DNA of 64,000 nt from Chrysomallon squamiferum (GCA_012295275.1 CM022677.1:12896001-12960000), one strand, 5' to 3'; shown: positions 38,636 to 53,766, counted from the stretch's first letter. Program-made: numbers and translations. Notes: a model not told the origin generated them from the sequence alone.

Positions 38636-40109
38636 AGATCCCACAGTATTTCCAGAATACACAGAACCTCTGCCAGTGAGATAAAATATCATTGCTGCTT
38701 TATTATCAATATTTTCTGCAGTGTTTATAACAAAATTACTGAAGTTATAATTACAGCTACACCTGCATTATCTCTACAGTCCGAGAGGTAGATAGGTAGG
38801 TGGATAGATAGACAGACAGAGACATAGACAGTCAGACAGACAGACATATAGATAGATAGATGGAGAGACAGACCGACAGAGAGATTAAAATGACCAATAA
38901 AAGAAAAGATGGTAAAAGCGAGGTTAATATGATATTATATTATAACGCATATACAAACATTTTCTTACAAGTTCATTTGACTATGAAATGTAAAATGTCT
39001 ATCTATCTCTATACCCATCCTTAGCTATCTTTAGTGTATCTATCTATCTATCTATCTATCTATTATTTAACTACATACATATCAACTTATGTATATAACT
39101 ATCATCTAAGGCAACCACATATAACCAGATTCTTTCTTTTCTATGTGTGTGTGTGTGTGTCTGTATATCTATCTATTGATAATTGTTTCTTTTTGTCAGT
39201 AATAATACCTGAAATAACGAGATTAACGATACAAATAACAACAATAACTACAATAATACTAATTAAAATGATAAATAAAATAATAATTAAGAAAGAATAC
39301 TGAAACTAGAGAAAAAGAAAAGGGTAAGAAATAAAATAAAATTATTTCAGGCTAATATTTATTATAAAAAACAATTATATTAAAAGGAAATAAAAAATAA
39401 TATATAGGTTTAAATAAAATCATTTTAGTGAATTCAGTAAATGGAGTGAATGATCTATATTCAGCAGACTTATGGATCATTCGTCGCTTCATTTATTGAA
39501 AAAATATATATTTCTATGTGATTTCTTTTTGTTATTATTTCTTTTTTAATATTTTACTTGACACTCAGTCTTTTTTGTATTATTTTCCAACGTGTTAAAT
39601 AGAGTTATTTCCCGTAGACAACAAATTTTTGAAAGAGATAACTCTGCATATGCGATGCGACGGTAAATTAGATTTGCTGCTTTTATTTGAAAATAACTAA
39701 TTTAGTATAATGTTTTGTAACAGACAGCACCAGCTTAATAACATTCCTTACGTTTTGTTTGTATTTTAAATAACCAGTTTCCTTTAGTTTTGGTTTATTT
39801 AATATGTTATTATTATTTATTGAATTATTGTAAAATGCTTATTTTATTTAATGTTTTTATTCAAGTTAATTTTTTTCTTTTCGATTTGTCTCTTTAAAAA
39901 CAATGAATTTATTTACAAATTATTTTTATATGAAATTTTTGGTATATTTACGCAGAAACAATACACCATATTTAGGACAATATTTGAAAGCTATTTAATA
40001 ATACTTCAACGATTTATTGGGTACAAACTAAACCTGAATCTTCTTTAATGTTGGGGAACATTGCCAACTGGAGAAGTTAATAGAGTAATCTTATAACAAA
40101 TTATAATTT

Positions 40110-40395
40110 CAGTTTATTATGCACGCATTTGCATAAAAATAATCCAGTTTAAAACGTTTGATAAGTATGATTAAGTTGAAAAAATAGTTAGGAAAGGTGC
40201 AAGAAATCATGGTTTGGTAATCAGCGCAAATCTAGTTTACAAATGATAAAAAGTTAAGAAAATCGACGTAAAATAGTTGAAATTGGAAGTTCAAAAACCC
40301 GATCAGACGGTTCCCGAGCGATCACGGAAACTTCCGATCGAAATACAAAATGGCAGCGTCGAACGCCGATCAGTGTTTACAAACTTTTAAACATC
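40110..40395 (-). mobile_element. Relative of the 60507-60871 MITE in opposite orientation
   Basis: atggcagcgtcgaacgccgatcagtgtttacaaacttttaaaca is the reverse complement of ~60602-60645; gcataaaaataatccagttt is also shared. Confidence 0.8.
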
Positions 40396-40626
40396 CAGTG
40401 AAGTCTATATGGATTATTAAAAGTAATTTGAGGAAATACATCATATAAATAATGCCGTTTATACGTATATGCCTATTATTGAGCAGTAATTGCTGCAAAG
40501 GTCGAAACCAATTTTTTATTTAAAAAAAAAAAAAAATTGGGGGTGGGACTTTGACGTCATACTATCTCGTACCCATTTCGTTCTAGATTTTTATTTTCCA
40601 GATATTATTTCGATGTTGCCAGCCAG

Positions 40627-40668
<42 letters not shown>

Positions 40669-41570
40669 TAATAATTTTCACTGACGCTGGTGGATGAATG
40701 TTCTCATTAGACACATAATGTGAACACTTACTCTGCTAAAACTCCACAGCGGACAGTGCTGAGTACGTAGTTGTAAAACAATACTTGAAACCATTATATT
40801 TTTATTTTAATATTATTTTCATTTTCAATACATTACAGGTGGTATTTACGTGGAAAAAGGAAACTGATCGCATGTTATACAGAAAGAAACAGGGAGATAT
40901 TGATAGACTGATAGACAGATCAGTAGAAGTTAAATGAATTGATAGATGTAGATGAATTCAGGTAGACAGGTGAACATGACAATGTCGATTTATCTATTCT
41001 GTGTTTTCTTCTTTCTGTCATGTGTGTTTGTGTGCCAGGCTGAGAGTGTAGACATACAGGTATATACATAAATCATATACAGAAAGTGAGATAGATTGAT
41101 ATAGAGATAGTTAGACATATTGATCACTTGAGAGATAGATTGATAGGTTAGGTAGGCAATAATTAGGTACATATATAGATAGCTATACACAGATAACATG
41201 GATACATTATATATAGATAGATAGATAGATAGATAGAGAGAGAGCGGTGAGCAGGTGCGACCAACAAACAGACAGATAGATAGATAGACACATGCAGGTA
41301 AGTAAGGATGAATGGAGTGTTAGATGGATGAAAGTGTTGGTGCAATGAAGAACTGGGAATGTAATAAATGGATAAAAGGATTGAATGGTGGACAGAAAGC
41401 TTTTCAATTATACAAGCAATTACTATTCAGACATTATCACATTCTTAACAAATAAGCTCCTCATTGTAGGCCCATGGATTGAGGGATATATTGATGGAAG
41501 TTGACTTAATCTATAAACGGTATCATGACAAACATATGGAGTTAGGAGGGAGGCATGACTGGAGGTCCCA

Positions 41571-41980
41571 ATAAATTGTTAATGAGAGATTAGTGATTTC
41601 TGGTATTGTTTATGAAGAGAACATTAATCTGGAAATCTAGTCTGTGTTTGTCTACACTGAAAGCATAGTCGTCATCTATTTATATGATAAGTAAATATGA
41701 TAAGATACAAAGATGTCTGTAACAGTTTGTGTTAAAGAGCACATTAACCACAGAACCTGTAATACTTAATTATCAATTAATATCTGGTAAAATGAAATAA
41801 TCCATCTAATTAGAGTAATCTGGAGAGTGACACAGAGAGTAAGAAAGCCAGAGGGAAATATTTATGTGTCATAACTTATTCTTAAGTACATACACTTCTG
41901 TCTCTACTCTGTTGGTCTGTCTGTCTGTCTGCATATAGAAAGGGCTTTCAAAGCAATAGCACTGTATTCAAAAAGAAAAA
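41571..41980 (+). repeat. Diverged direct duplicate of 29965-30370
   Basis: Shares tccatctaattagagtaatctggagagtg and ctctactctgttggtctgtctgtc with the other copy. Confidence 0.92.
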
Positions 41981-42119
41981 TTAGCAAAAATGTATCCATC
42001 TGTTCATATATCTTCAGTAACTATGTATGTAAATGTAGGTAAATCTATTTATCATAATCTATCTATCTGTCTATCTCTCTAACCAATTAAATGTTATTAT
42101 ATTAATGTACTAATTAGCC

Positions 42120-42790
42120 ATTCCCTTTGGAAATGTTGCCACCCCTACACCACGGTGAGGTTCAGTACACGTAGGGGATGTTAGTAATGGTTAGTATTTG
42201 TTAAATTTTAGTGTTTGGTTAATGGTTAGTATTTAGTTACTATTTGTTAAATGTTAGTATTTGGTTAATGGTTAGTATTTGGTTAATGTTTTATTTTGTT
42301 AATTTGAATTTTTAAAAATTAGTATTTGGTTAATGGTTAGTATTTGTTAAATAGTATTTGGTAAATATTAGTATTTGGTTAATGGTTAGTATTTGGTTAA
42401 TGGTTAGTATTTTGTTAATGGTTAGTATTTGTTAAATGTTAGTATTTGGTTAATGGTTAGAATTTGTTTTAATTGTAAAATAATATGTGTGTATGTGAAT
42501 GTGTGTGTTGATGTGTGTGTGTGTTTGTGTTTATACATGTATTCAGATAGGTATGTGGTAATTATTAGTAATTGTAACTAATTGGTTAAGGTTAGTATTT
42601 GTTAAATGTTAGTATTTTTGTGTGAGTGTATATATGTTTGTATATATGTTAGTGTAGGTCTGTGTGTGTTCTGTCTGTATGGATATTCGTATGTGTCTGT
42701 ATGGATGTATGTGTGTTTCTCTATATAAAGTTTACTACCTGGTTAATGGTTAGTATTCATGTTAATTGTTAGTATTTTGGTTGTATGTTA
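42120..42790 (+). mobile_element. Helentron/HINE-like relic: short stem-loop followed by an ~18-bp (TTGGTTAATGGTTAGTAT)n array
   Basis: cccctac...gtagggg inverted pair at ~42142-42177, immediately followed by ggttagta-rich tandem units. The class assignment is inference. Confidence 0.45.
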
Positions 42791-43096
42791 GTACTTATTA
42801 ATTAAAAACAATACAAACCTGAGCCCACCTCTCAAGGGTTATAGAGCTGCAAGGAGCATAACCAGCTTCACGTCAACATCATCAACACAATCTCCTATAG
42901 CACTGATATGCTGGGGCAAAAGGGACAGAATGTTATTATCACTGCAGATATTACCAACTTCAAATAAATATTTTACAAATAAATGTCTGTATCTATTACT
43001 GTTACTATCATCATCATAAAAATAAAAAAAATGACAGAAGGATGCCAGCTGAAGTTAAAGCAATACACCTAGAGTAACGTTGTAAGGTTTCTAATA

Positions 43097-43983
43097 TTAC
43101 ACAAATCCTAGTAAACGACCTATCAGAAGACAAAATTCAATTAGAACAAATAAGATTTTCCACAACAGATAACTAAATATACGACTAAAATACGTAAATA
43201 TACGACCGATATACGCAAATATACGTCTGATGAATCCAGCTGCAGAATGTCGTCTGACTCTTCTGACTCTTTTCACTCTGAGAGGTGGCAATGTGTACAT
43301 CTCGCAGTTTCCATCTCTTAAGTTGTACACGATGGCGGTGAATCTTTGCAGAGCAAACTGGACAATTTCTTCTGCTTCTAGACCACCTCTCCAAACAGCT
43401 GAAACAAAATTCATGTAAACACGAGTCTGCATGACACTTATCTAAAAATGCTTCTGAACACAAAGAACAAGTAGGTGACTTATCTGATTCAGGCTGTTGT
43501 GTTGATTCAGCAGTGCTGGGTGATGGTGATGTTGACATCCCTGGTCTTTCTCCACATGCTGCTTTTACAGGGTCACGTTCGGAAATCTTTCGCCCTTTTG
43601 GAGTCTTCTCTGGGCACCCATCATCCTGTGCTTTCCGTTTCCTGGATGTTGATCTCCCCCTGGTCCTCTACGTGATGTTTCTCCAGGGTCACGTTCGGAA
43701 ATCTTTCGCCTTTCGGGCACCCATTTGGAGGTCTCCTACATGTTGATGTCCCTGGTCCTGTACGTGATGTTTCTCCAGGGTCACGTCCGGAAATCTTTCG
43801 CCCATTTGGAGGCTTCTTCGGGCACCCATCATCCCCTAGATGTTTCCTGGATGTTGATGTCCCTGGTCCTCTACGTGATGTTGCTCCAGGGTCACGTTCG
43901 GAAATCTTTCGCCCTTTTGGAGGCTTTTCAGGGCACTCATCATCCTGTGCTTTCCGTTTCTTAGACGCTCTTACTTTTCCCAT
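43097..43983 (-). pseudogene. Topors-type C3HC4 RING-finger gene with an intronless CDS, four N-terminal ~37-aa repeats and a hydrophobic C-terminus; frameshifted
   Basis: SPTCSLCSEAFLDKCHADSCLHEFCFSCLERWSRSRRNCPVCSAK(fs)FTAIVYNLRDGNCEMYTL aligns with Topors SPDSKCPICLDRFDNVSYLDRCLHKFCFRCVQEWSKNKAECPLCKQPFDSIFHSVRAEDDFKEYVL. The ATG at 43983 follows an acceptor (ttattgcag). The CDS is split over three ORFs. Confidence 0.85.
43528..43960 (-). repeat. Four ~111-bp coding tandem repeats (RKAQDDECPEKPPKGRKISERDPGATSRRGPGTSTS)
   Basis: agggtcacgt(t/c)cggaaatctttcgcc recurs at ~43570, ~43686, ~43777 and ~43888. Confidence 0.92.
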
Positions 43984-45323
43984 TTCGTATTGATAACTGC
44001 AATAACATAGTAGGAGAAAACAAAAATTATATATAATCCAAAAATATATATTAAATTTATTTCTGTTGTTAGAACTATTTCTATTTTTATTTTATTTTTT
44101 AATGGCAGTACATTTTTTTTTTTTTTTTACTTATAGGTTTTATCTGTTTGTTTTACTAACGTTAATCTTTGCACAAGGATTTCACAACCAGGGCTAATGT
44201 TCACATAATGAACATATAGCTTGGAACTTTGCATGAATTTATTACATAATGTGAGTTTCGCGTCTAAAATGACGTGTGTACAGCGTTTAAATTGTTTGTG
44301 GATGGTGATTTTAAAAAAGCATTCAAAATAAATTAAAATACATTATCAAACGCACACACACATATTTAAGGTTTAGATGTGATGTGATTTCATATCATGA
44401 AATTTATTATTTTATTTATATATTTTTAAGTTTTGGGGGTTTTATTGTGTCATAGATTTTAAAACTTATATTTATATTTCAAGTATTGTTATTATCAGTG
44501 TTACTTTTTCTTTATCTATATTATTGTTCTCGTTGCTTTTTGTTGTTGGATGAGTTGTTAGGTACTGAAAAGTGATTTTCAGTTTAGGAAATACAAGGTT
44601 GACTAAAGTTATAGCTAACTTTTTATCCTGATTTCAGAAACAAAATATTTAAAATTGTCAGTCAAATTGTTCCAAAGTTTTGGATTTTTTAATATTGCCA
44701 TTTTGAAGAAAACGTTTCATAGGCTCGTTTAATAATATGTCAACTGTGTCTTCCAAGCTCTGCTAACATTTATTTACATATAAAGTTGGCAAAATCATTC
44801 ATTTGATATTTATATATATATATATATATATTTATCTTTGAAAATTCATAACTTTATTCTATTATAAATATAATTATTTTATTAGTATTTATAACCGATA
44901 CACACTTGCAGAAACATAATCAAAGATACTTCAGATATTGTCATTATTTTTGTAACATTCGTGAAATAAACATAACGATAAAGATACAAACATCAGTAGA
45001 AATAAGTTAAAACAGTGGGACAGAAAAAAAATGGGGCGCTTTAGAATACCTACGGACAGACAGACTGACAGGGAGAAATTATTTAGATAGATATATAGAC
45101 AGATTTGCAATTCATAGCCGATTGTATGTTTGTAAGGTAATATTGGTACGTTGGTATTTAGAGTGGTAGGTATGATGACGGCTGATCAATTACTAGAGTT
45201 TACATGAAATTGATATTTGTGGATAGGTAGATAAATATAGAATAAAAATAATAAGACAGGTAGGCAGGCAGATGTGACAAATCTGATAAGCAGTGGTTAT
45301 AGTCATGTTGAGAGCATAGAAAT

Positions 45324-45411
<88 letters not shown>

Positions 45412-45867
45412 TAGAATAAGAGGTAATACACTCAGATACAGAGAGAAATGCAAAAATCTATTTTAATAATCAGCTTATTTTGTAATTTGTCTTTTTTCCT
45501 CTTTTTCTTTACTTTATTTTATTGTGTTTATTTGTCAGTTTATTTGACAGTTCATTTTGTTTCATTTAATTTATTTTTTAAATAATATTATTGATAGTTT
45601 TTCATTTTTTTATTTTATTTATTTCATGATGGAATTTCCTAATTTCGTTTTAAAATAATGTCTTCAGAATTATTTGATTTCTTCTTCATCAGTAAAGAAA
45701 ACCTTTACCAAAATGGTCTCGCCCAGTAAATGTATTTGTATTTTCCGGCAGTACTCGGCAAATTTCGCGAGTCTCCGTTATTCAGCGTACTTTTTAGTTA
45801 GATTTTATATAAACTTCCGAATATTAAAACCCCCACAGTTATTTTTGTTTGAAATTAAAATAACAAC

Positions 45868-45934
<67 letters not shown>

Positions 45935-46194
45935 GAATAAATAAATAAATATAAAATAAAAATAATAAGAAAGTTAAGATATGATTTTATTCGAATTCAT
46001 TTCGTAATTGCTCTTCTTATAGAAGAATAATTATTTATAATGATAATAATATTTTAATAACTAAATTTATTAACTAAATATACAGTTAACTGCTATTACT
46101 GATTATAATAATTTTAAAAAATAAATCACTTTGGTATAATAATAAATTTAAAAAAAAAAAAAAAAAGAATGTGACCTACTAGTATTGGCATTCG

Positions 46195-46290
46195 CATGTC
46201 AACTGACGTAAAACCGTTGGATGTTTTATTTATACCCGAATTTAAATCCGCTGACGTAAATCTTAATAGACTGCGCATGTGCATGGGAGA
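46195..46290. promoter_or_regulatory. Promoter-like CpG patch with two CTGACGTAAA (CRE-like) sites and TGCGCATGTGCA (NRF1-like)
   Basis: Motifs read directly at ~46203, ~46251 and ~46272, about 2.2 kb 5' of the RING gene. Function is untested. Confidence 0.3.
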
Positions 46291-46470
46291 TATTATTACA
46301 CTAGTAACTTTCATTTTTCAAAGTATATAATTATAGTTTATTCATTTATTAATTTAATTAACATTTTTAAAAGTTATCTACATCCATCAAAATATATATT
46401 TTATTTAAATAATTTGTTTTCACTGTTAAATGAAAAAATTAAAATAAAATTTAAATTAAATAAAAAATAT

Positions 46471-46525
<55 letters not shown>

Positions 46526-47159
46526 GTGGTGATTTTAAATCCATTTATAAGATAACAAAACAAAACCGTAACACATTTCCAAACTGGGATGTAGGATTAT
46601 TATATTTACTTCTCCAGCTTTACTGTAAACAAAACGAAAGAAATGTTTAGTAAACTTCCATTATTTGTAAAACTGAAAATTATTTACATAAACATGATTA
46701 GAATCTTACACCATGACCCAAGTTCCTAAAAGTAGGATTTCAACCTGTGATGTCTGTTTTGAAGATAAATAATAATATTATTAATAAGCGAACATTTATT
46801 GTTATACAACGTTATTCTTTCTTTTATCGTTCATCGTTCAAGAGTAAAACGGTCTGGTGTGAGTTTAAGACAGGTCTCGATTAAGACAGTAGATTCAATA
46901 AATAAATAAATAAATGACTACCCTTTATAAACATTTCTTGAGCCAAAAGCTACATAAAAATATACTAATTTTGTCATTCAGCTCTATCATAATAATAATT
47001 TTACATATTACATGCGACTGCGTTCGCAGCCGGAGAATGACGAATGATACCGAACAAATCTTTATAACTACCGAAGCATACTGGACCATGCTGATATAAA
47101 TCCACTTATAAGACAATAAACGAGTGTAGACAATGAACTGCGATGTAGCAAGATTCTTG

Positions 47160-48990
47160 TGTACACTCTACATTTCTCACGATACCGGTTTTCTCTAGTA
47201 AAATTCATGAAAAAATATCACGTTCATATCTTTTATTATCAAATATCCCCATTATCTGACGCCTTGAAACATTTTTCTGTGCATTTTTTACAGTTTAAAA
47301 AAGCACGAAAAATAATAACCCCCTCCTCTACCTCTGAATTCAGTAATAAACGTAATAAAATATTACGTAACTGCCACATACACTTTGCTGGTGCTGTTAG
47401 GCATCATTATCAGAATAAACAAACACACTTAGCTCTGCTGCTAGCAACTGAAAGATAAACCGTTTTGCTTTGTTAAATAATCGGCAGAAAATTTTGTGAG
47501 AAGGTAATAAAGTAAGCAGACATACGACTAATATAATTTTTTAAACTTTTACTAATCTCAATTTATCTTATAAAGGCTATTCCTCATACGTTCTGAGTGG
47601 GCGTATCCTATATTAAAATGATTATTATTATATTTATTAATGTTGCCGTAGTTGCCGTCGTAAAGGGGTTGCTCCTAATGTTTTAGGTGTACCTATCATT
47701 ATTCTTCTGCTTTTTATCAACTATTATTCATACTTCTTTAGTGTTCAAATCCTATACTAAAATGTATTATTACTCTTTCTATTAATATAACCATCGTTGC
47801 CGTCGTAACGGCGTTGTTCCTAGCTTGTTGGAGTACTTGTCATTAATGTTTAGCGCTTGTTATTAATTATTCCTCGTACTTTCTGAGCGGACGCATCACC
47901 TATTAAAATATATTATTGTAATTTCTGTTAATGTGGCCATCGTTGCAGTCCTACCGGCGTTGTTGCTAACGTTATTTGTGTACACTCTATATTTCTCAAT
48001 ATTCACGTTTTCTCTAGTAAAATTCCATCTGTAAATCGCAGCATTCTTTTCACTGAATTTAAATGTATATTATGAGTTGTTTTTAAAAAAATAAAATGCA
48101 GTTTTATTAATTTTAAAAAAAAGGACGCTATCATTATAAAAAAGAAAGAAAAGAACACGTAAATATTTTTTAATTTAGTTTACACGGCATGTAATAGTTT
48201 TAATAACGTAGGCAAAATTTTAGTATGCGTATTGAACATTATTAATACTTCCACGAAAAGATCATTTGATATTTTGCACAGTGATGATGTTAATCTCTAT
48301 ATTAAGTTATCTGCAGAATAAGAATTATTCATCCTATCAAAATATCACGTTCATATTTTTTATTAATAAATATTCCCATTTTCTGACGGCTTGAAACTTT
48401 TTACTGTACATTGATTTATATTTCTCAATTTTTAAAGAAAAATAATATCCCCTTCTCTACGTCTGAATTCTATAATAAACGTAATAAAATATTACGTAAC
48501 TGCCTCATTCACTTTGCTGGTGCTGTTAGGCATCATTATCACGAATAAACAAACACACGTAGCTCTGCTGCTAGCAACTGAAAGATAAACCGTTTTGCTT
48601 TGTTAAATTATCGGCATAAAATTTTGTGAGAAGGTTATAAAGTAAGCAGACGTACTACTAATACAAATTTTACTAATCTCAGTTTTATCTTATAAAGTCT
48701 ATTCCTCATCAGCATATATTATTATTATCTTTTTTGATGTTGCCGTCATTGCAGTCGTGAAGGGGTTGTTCCTAATGTTTTAGGTGTACTTACAATTATT
48801 ATTTTGCTTTTTATTAACTATTATTCATACTTCTTTAGCGATCAAATCGTTTAGAAAAATGTATTATTACTCTTTCTATTAATATCACCATCGTTGCCGT
48901 CGTAACGGCGTTGTTCCTAGCTTTCTTGGAGTATTTCTCATTATTGTTTAGCGCTTTTTAATTATTCCTCATACTTTCTGAGCTGGCGTA
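47160..48990 (+). repeat. Tandem duplication (period ~0.8-1.1 kb) of the ~120-bp-subunit repeat family
   Basis: 47213-47900 is repeated at 48339-48990 (cactttgctggtgctgttaggcatcattatc and agctctgctgctagcaactgaaagataaaccg each occur twice). The 47162 motif recurs at 47981. Confidence 0.9.
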
Positions 48991-49254
48991 TCGCCTTCTA
49001 GCCATGCTATAAAATATATTATTATTATATCTCATATACCTACTTGTCGCATTTTCTATCACTACATAATTCTATTTTGGTTCATGTACCGACCTAAACT
49101 CTCTCTCGCTCTCTATTCCTCTGGCTCTCTGTTTACGTTCCTCGTTGGCTTCCTATTTATCTTTGTTCCTTTCTATGAGTCTATTATTCATCTATTTATA
49201 AATATTTCTATATTCTGTCAGTCTCTCTGTCTCTAAGTTTATTTTTATCTGTAC

Positions 49255-49330
<76 letters not shown>

Positions 49331-50284
49331 TTTTTAATGTTCATTGTACGCTGTTTATTGTGAAAGAAACTGGATTTTTTAAATGGATATATAAATATAT
49401 TCCATGTTGATAATGAAAAACGCAGACCATTCTGAGTTAATTTTCATATTTATTATTCATATTTTATAAAATTTAATACATTTGCATTTTTACTGTTTTT
49501 CATAAAAATGCAAAAATATATTATTATTATTATTATTATTATTGTAATACCCTCACTCAACAAACCTATTTCTCTCTCACTTACTCTTTTAAGGAAAATC
49601 TTAATAAAAAAAGAACAAAAAGTTTTTTTTCTTTTCATTGTAAAAGTAGTGTAACTTACTGCTTCAGTTAATGATAGAAAAACAGTTCTGTTGTGTGCTG
49701 TGTGGATTGAAAAAGCAAATTACTGACAATATATAAATAAATACAAATTAAAAATCATTAAATGATGCATTGCTAAAGAAAAATAATAATAAGCTTATTA
49801 ATGAAAATGAAAATTGATATAAATATTAGAATTTCAGACAGCCTATTTCAATTATTGAGTGTTCTGTTGTGTTTCTTCGTGTTTTCAGTTACGCATAACA
49901 TCATTAATAAACGAATAGTTCTTATCATACCGTCAGCTTTTGTAGCAGACGTAAACTCATGTGCGAGCTGAAAACAGGTCTCGATTACTTCATTAGTTTT
50001 ACACTATCAAAAACTCTACCACGAATAAAAAAAAATTCTGAGACGAAGATATTGTAAAAATGAAACTAACTTCATCCTTCAGCATCAATAATATTATTTT
50101 AGATAATATGCGGCATTTTCGGTAAAAAAGTATTTAAAAAATGCAACAAATCATTTTCAGTTTGTTTTGAGTTGCACTCACAGATCCCCAAGTAGAATTA
50201 AATTTAATTATCACGTTTTCCTGTAAAAAGCTTCTGATACCGACACCACTAGTTTTATAAGGGATACATTTATTATCGAGGGAC

Positions 50285-50320
<36 letters not shown>

Positions 50321-50918
50321 ATACATCAGCTTACTTCAGTCACGATCTGTTCAAAGTTTCTGCCAATAATTTGAAACAGCATATCGGTAATTTTCTTTGA
50401 TTTATTAGTAACAGAGAAAAAAGCTTATTTTATTAAGTTTATTCCACTAAGATATTGCCCGCATAATAAAATAACAAAACAACGTATGACAGTGTTGCTA
50501 TATTGTATTATTGTATATAGGAACACCTACACAATGTAAACATTTAAGATTTGTTTGATAATTTTCCTTTTCTAATAGTTATGCAGGTCTGTTTTATGGA
50601 AGCGGAAAGCATAATTAAAAATATGGAGCAGTATTAATATTAACAAATTATCTTGAGAGTTATTAATGTAATTAATCAAATATTAAGTTATTTTCGTTGA
50701 TTTTAAACTGTGCTTCTGATAATTTGAGAATAAATGACTAAACATGATTTTTCTAAAATGTTATTGCGAGTTAGTTCTAGTGCAGAAATATGATTTACAG
50801 TGAAACTAGAAAATCGGGGAGCGTCGTGGGTACTTAATGAAGAATAAATAAATGAAATAAAAACTCATAATATTTTATTATTTATTTGTTTGTTAGTTTG
50901 TTATAATCAATGTAAGTA

Positions 50919-50955
<37 letters not shown>

Positions 50956-53766
50956 GGAGCAACTGACCATGGATAATAACTTTTTATAACATAAGGGAAA
51001 TAACTCTCTTTTGATAAACCTACTGCAAATTAATTTTAAATTGTTAAACCATATGAAATAATGAAAGAAAGCAAATACAATTTCCCACCCAAATTAAAAA
51101 CAAAATCAATAATAATTAACACCCTGAAAACAATTTTATATCTCTTTTTTATTTACCAAGAAACAGTAACAGTGAATTAAGAAATCAAATTCAACAGAAA
51201 AATTGTAACAAATATAACAATTAATGAAATAAAAATGCCTATAAAAAAACATACTGTCAAATTACATGTGCAAAATTATAAACAAATAACAAAAACAATG
51301 TAAAAAGAAAATATAATTTAACTACAGTTGTCACTTATTTACATATTTTTTCACCTGTTTTAAATTATTACATTGGATAATTAATTACATTATTTAACTG
51401 GAGCTAGTATTAAAAATTAATCTAGACACCTGGGTTTTAGTTTTAAAGTCTGCTAAATAATTTGATTCAATGCTTTATTTGCTGTGTTTATTTTCTAATT
51501 TATGCAGATATATGCAGGCACATAAATGCATGCACTAAAGTACAAACACATCCAAGACACAAAACAAACACTGAAAATAACACATATACAAACATTACAA
51601 TATTCACACAGAAATACACACCCGCACATGCACTTAGGCAAAACCCACACATACACACAGACATGACTACATACAAAATGACACACACACACACACACAC
51701 ATGCAGACATACCAACATACAAAATGACATACACATACAGTATCCCCACACATACAGTGCAGAACATAAATGTAATAAATAATAACTTATATTATCAAAA
51801 ACACTTCTTATAAAAACACTTCAATGAAAACAACAAAGATAAAGAAAACAAAAATCTTATAGAAATAAACTTTGGTCCATGTATATTACATAAATATCAG
51901 TATCAGTGTGTGTGAATTAACAGCATATTTTATCATGTTATTCTGTGTATTAGAAAATGCTGAATTAAAAAAATCATACGACAAGATGGTAAAAATTGTT
52001 AATTTCTACATCAGAATACTGTAACTATCATCAGATGAAGTGGATGATAATCATCATTTTCTGCATCATCTCTGTATTAAATCTGTTAAGTTGTATGGCT
52101 AAAATTATCATTCTTTGTATCAGAAAAGTTTGTACAGAAATTTTTAAAATCATTTTCTTTGAAGTGGAATTGACATTATCTACATCAGAAAATACTGACA
52201 GGCATAGAAAACTTAACCTCTATAATCAGAGAAAAACTGGATATATTATTAACAATACCTCTGTGTTCTAGAAAATTAGTTCATGATGAACTGAATCTTC
52301 ATCCTCTTCTCCACTTCTTGTCTGAGAAAAACATTTCAGTAATTAGGTATTGATTTGTTAGATTTACCTTTGTTTGTCACCCAATAGCTGATATATTTTT
52401 CATGCCGGGCTGTCCTAAAACATTCATTCATTCATATAGTTTGTAAAAACAATGGCTATCAAAAATCTCACAGTTATTTAAAGATAAGCTTTCATTCCTG
52501 TCCATTTCACAAAAAGAATTGACATATGATACCAATACATATAATTACAAATGAAAGAATACATTTTTGAGTTTTATGTTTTTTTATTATATAATTTGTT
52601 ATTTTTTTTTGTTATATGTGATCCTTTCCATGAGCATCAAGGCAAAAACCAGCTACTTAGTTTAAACCTAGGTATCATAATTATGCATATACAGTTTATG
52701 AACAGGGAAAGACAATGAAAGAAAGAAATAAAGTGAAAGAGAGAATCAGAGAGGCTAGGAGAAAATTAGAAATAGTGAGAGAGAAATAAAAAGACTATGA
52801 CATCATCACTATACCTGACTTTTACCTCCAGTTCTGTAATTTTAACATCATCAACTTTTATGTTAATTCTTGACACTCTGACTGGTTGTCCATAGATATA
52901 TTTATTTAGGAAGTAAAAGTATTTAGAGACTGGTAGATATTGGGTAGATAGGTAGGTTGATGATGTAGACCATCAGACAGACAGACAGACAGACAGACAG
53001 GTTATTGTAGATGTACACTGGTAAATAGATATTGCAAGACTGACAGATTGGGAGTAGTAGGTAAACCAAATGACATTTATATATAATTAATCAAATATTG
53101 ATGATTTAAATGGAATACCTCTCCTCTCTTGTAATCTATAGCCTTGTCTACAGATACAGAATCAGACATCAGTATCCATGCTATTCCACTGTTTGATCAA
53201 ATAACTGGATCCTGGAAAATTCAAGCAGTAATAGTAGTGACAGTTGTAGTATCTGATTATATGTGAGAAGGAAATATATTGTTCTTTACATTAAAAAGTA
53301 AGGTAAGTTTTAGAAATTAATGTAAAAGTTGATATTAAAACTGGATACAAAAGTTGATAAATATGTTAATTAATGAGAAATATTATTTCATGTTAATCAT
53401 TTTATATTTATTAATCTCTCTCGCTCCTCTCTCTTTCTCTCTCTCACACACATACACACACACTACATTTTTTGTTAACTTTATTTACTTGGTATGTGGG
53501 TGTGTGTATTTGTTATAGTACTTTTTAAAACTATTTATCCAATAATTACACTCACACACACACACACATGAAAAAAATAAAATCTTCATACACAGAATAC
53601 AGCACATACATATACTTTTTTTATTACCTGAAGTCAGGTAGGTACTTCTCCATCTTTCTTGGCCCCAGTGATAGTGTTCCATTCATCAACTGACAGAATA
53701 CACTCCTTAGAGTCTAGAAATCTGATATACTTTCATCACTTTCTGTTCTCTTCTCTATTATTATAA

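Noticed and set aside
43097-43983. Endogenous herpesvirus ICP0-like gene
   Set aside because: There are no other viral genes or gene-dense tracts. A spliceosomal acceptor precedes the ATG, and the post-RING segment fits cellular Topors.
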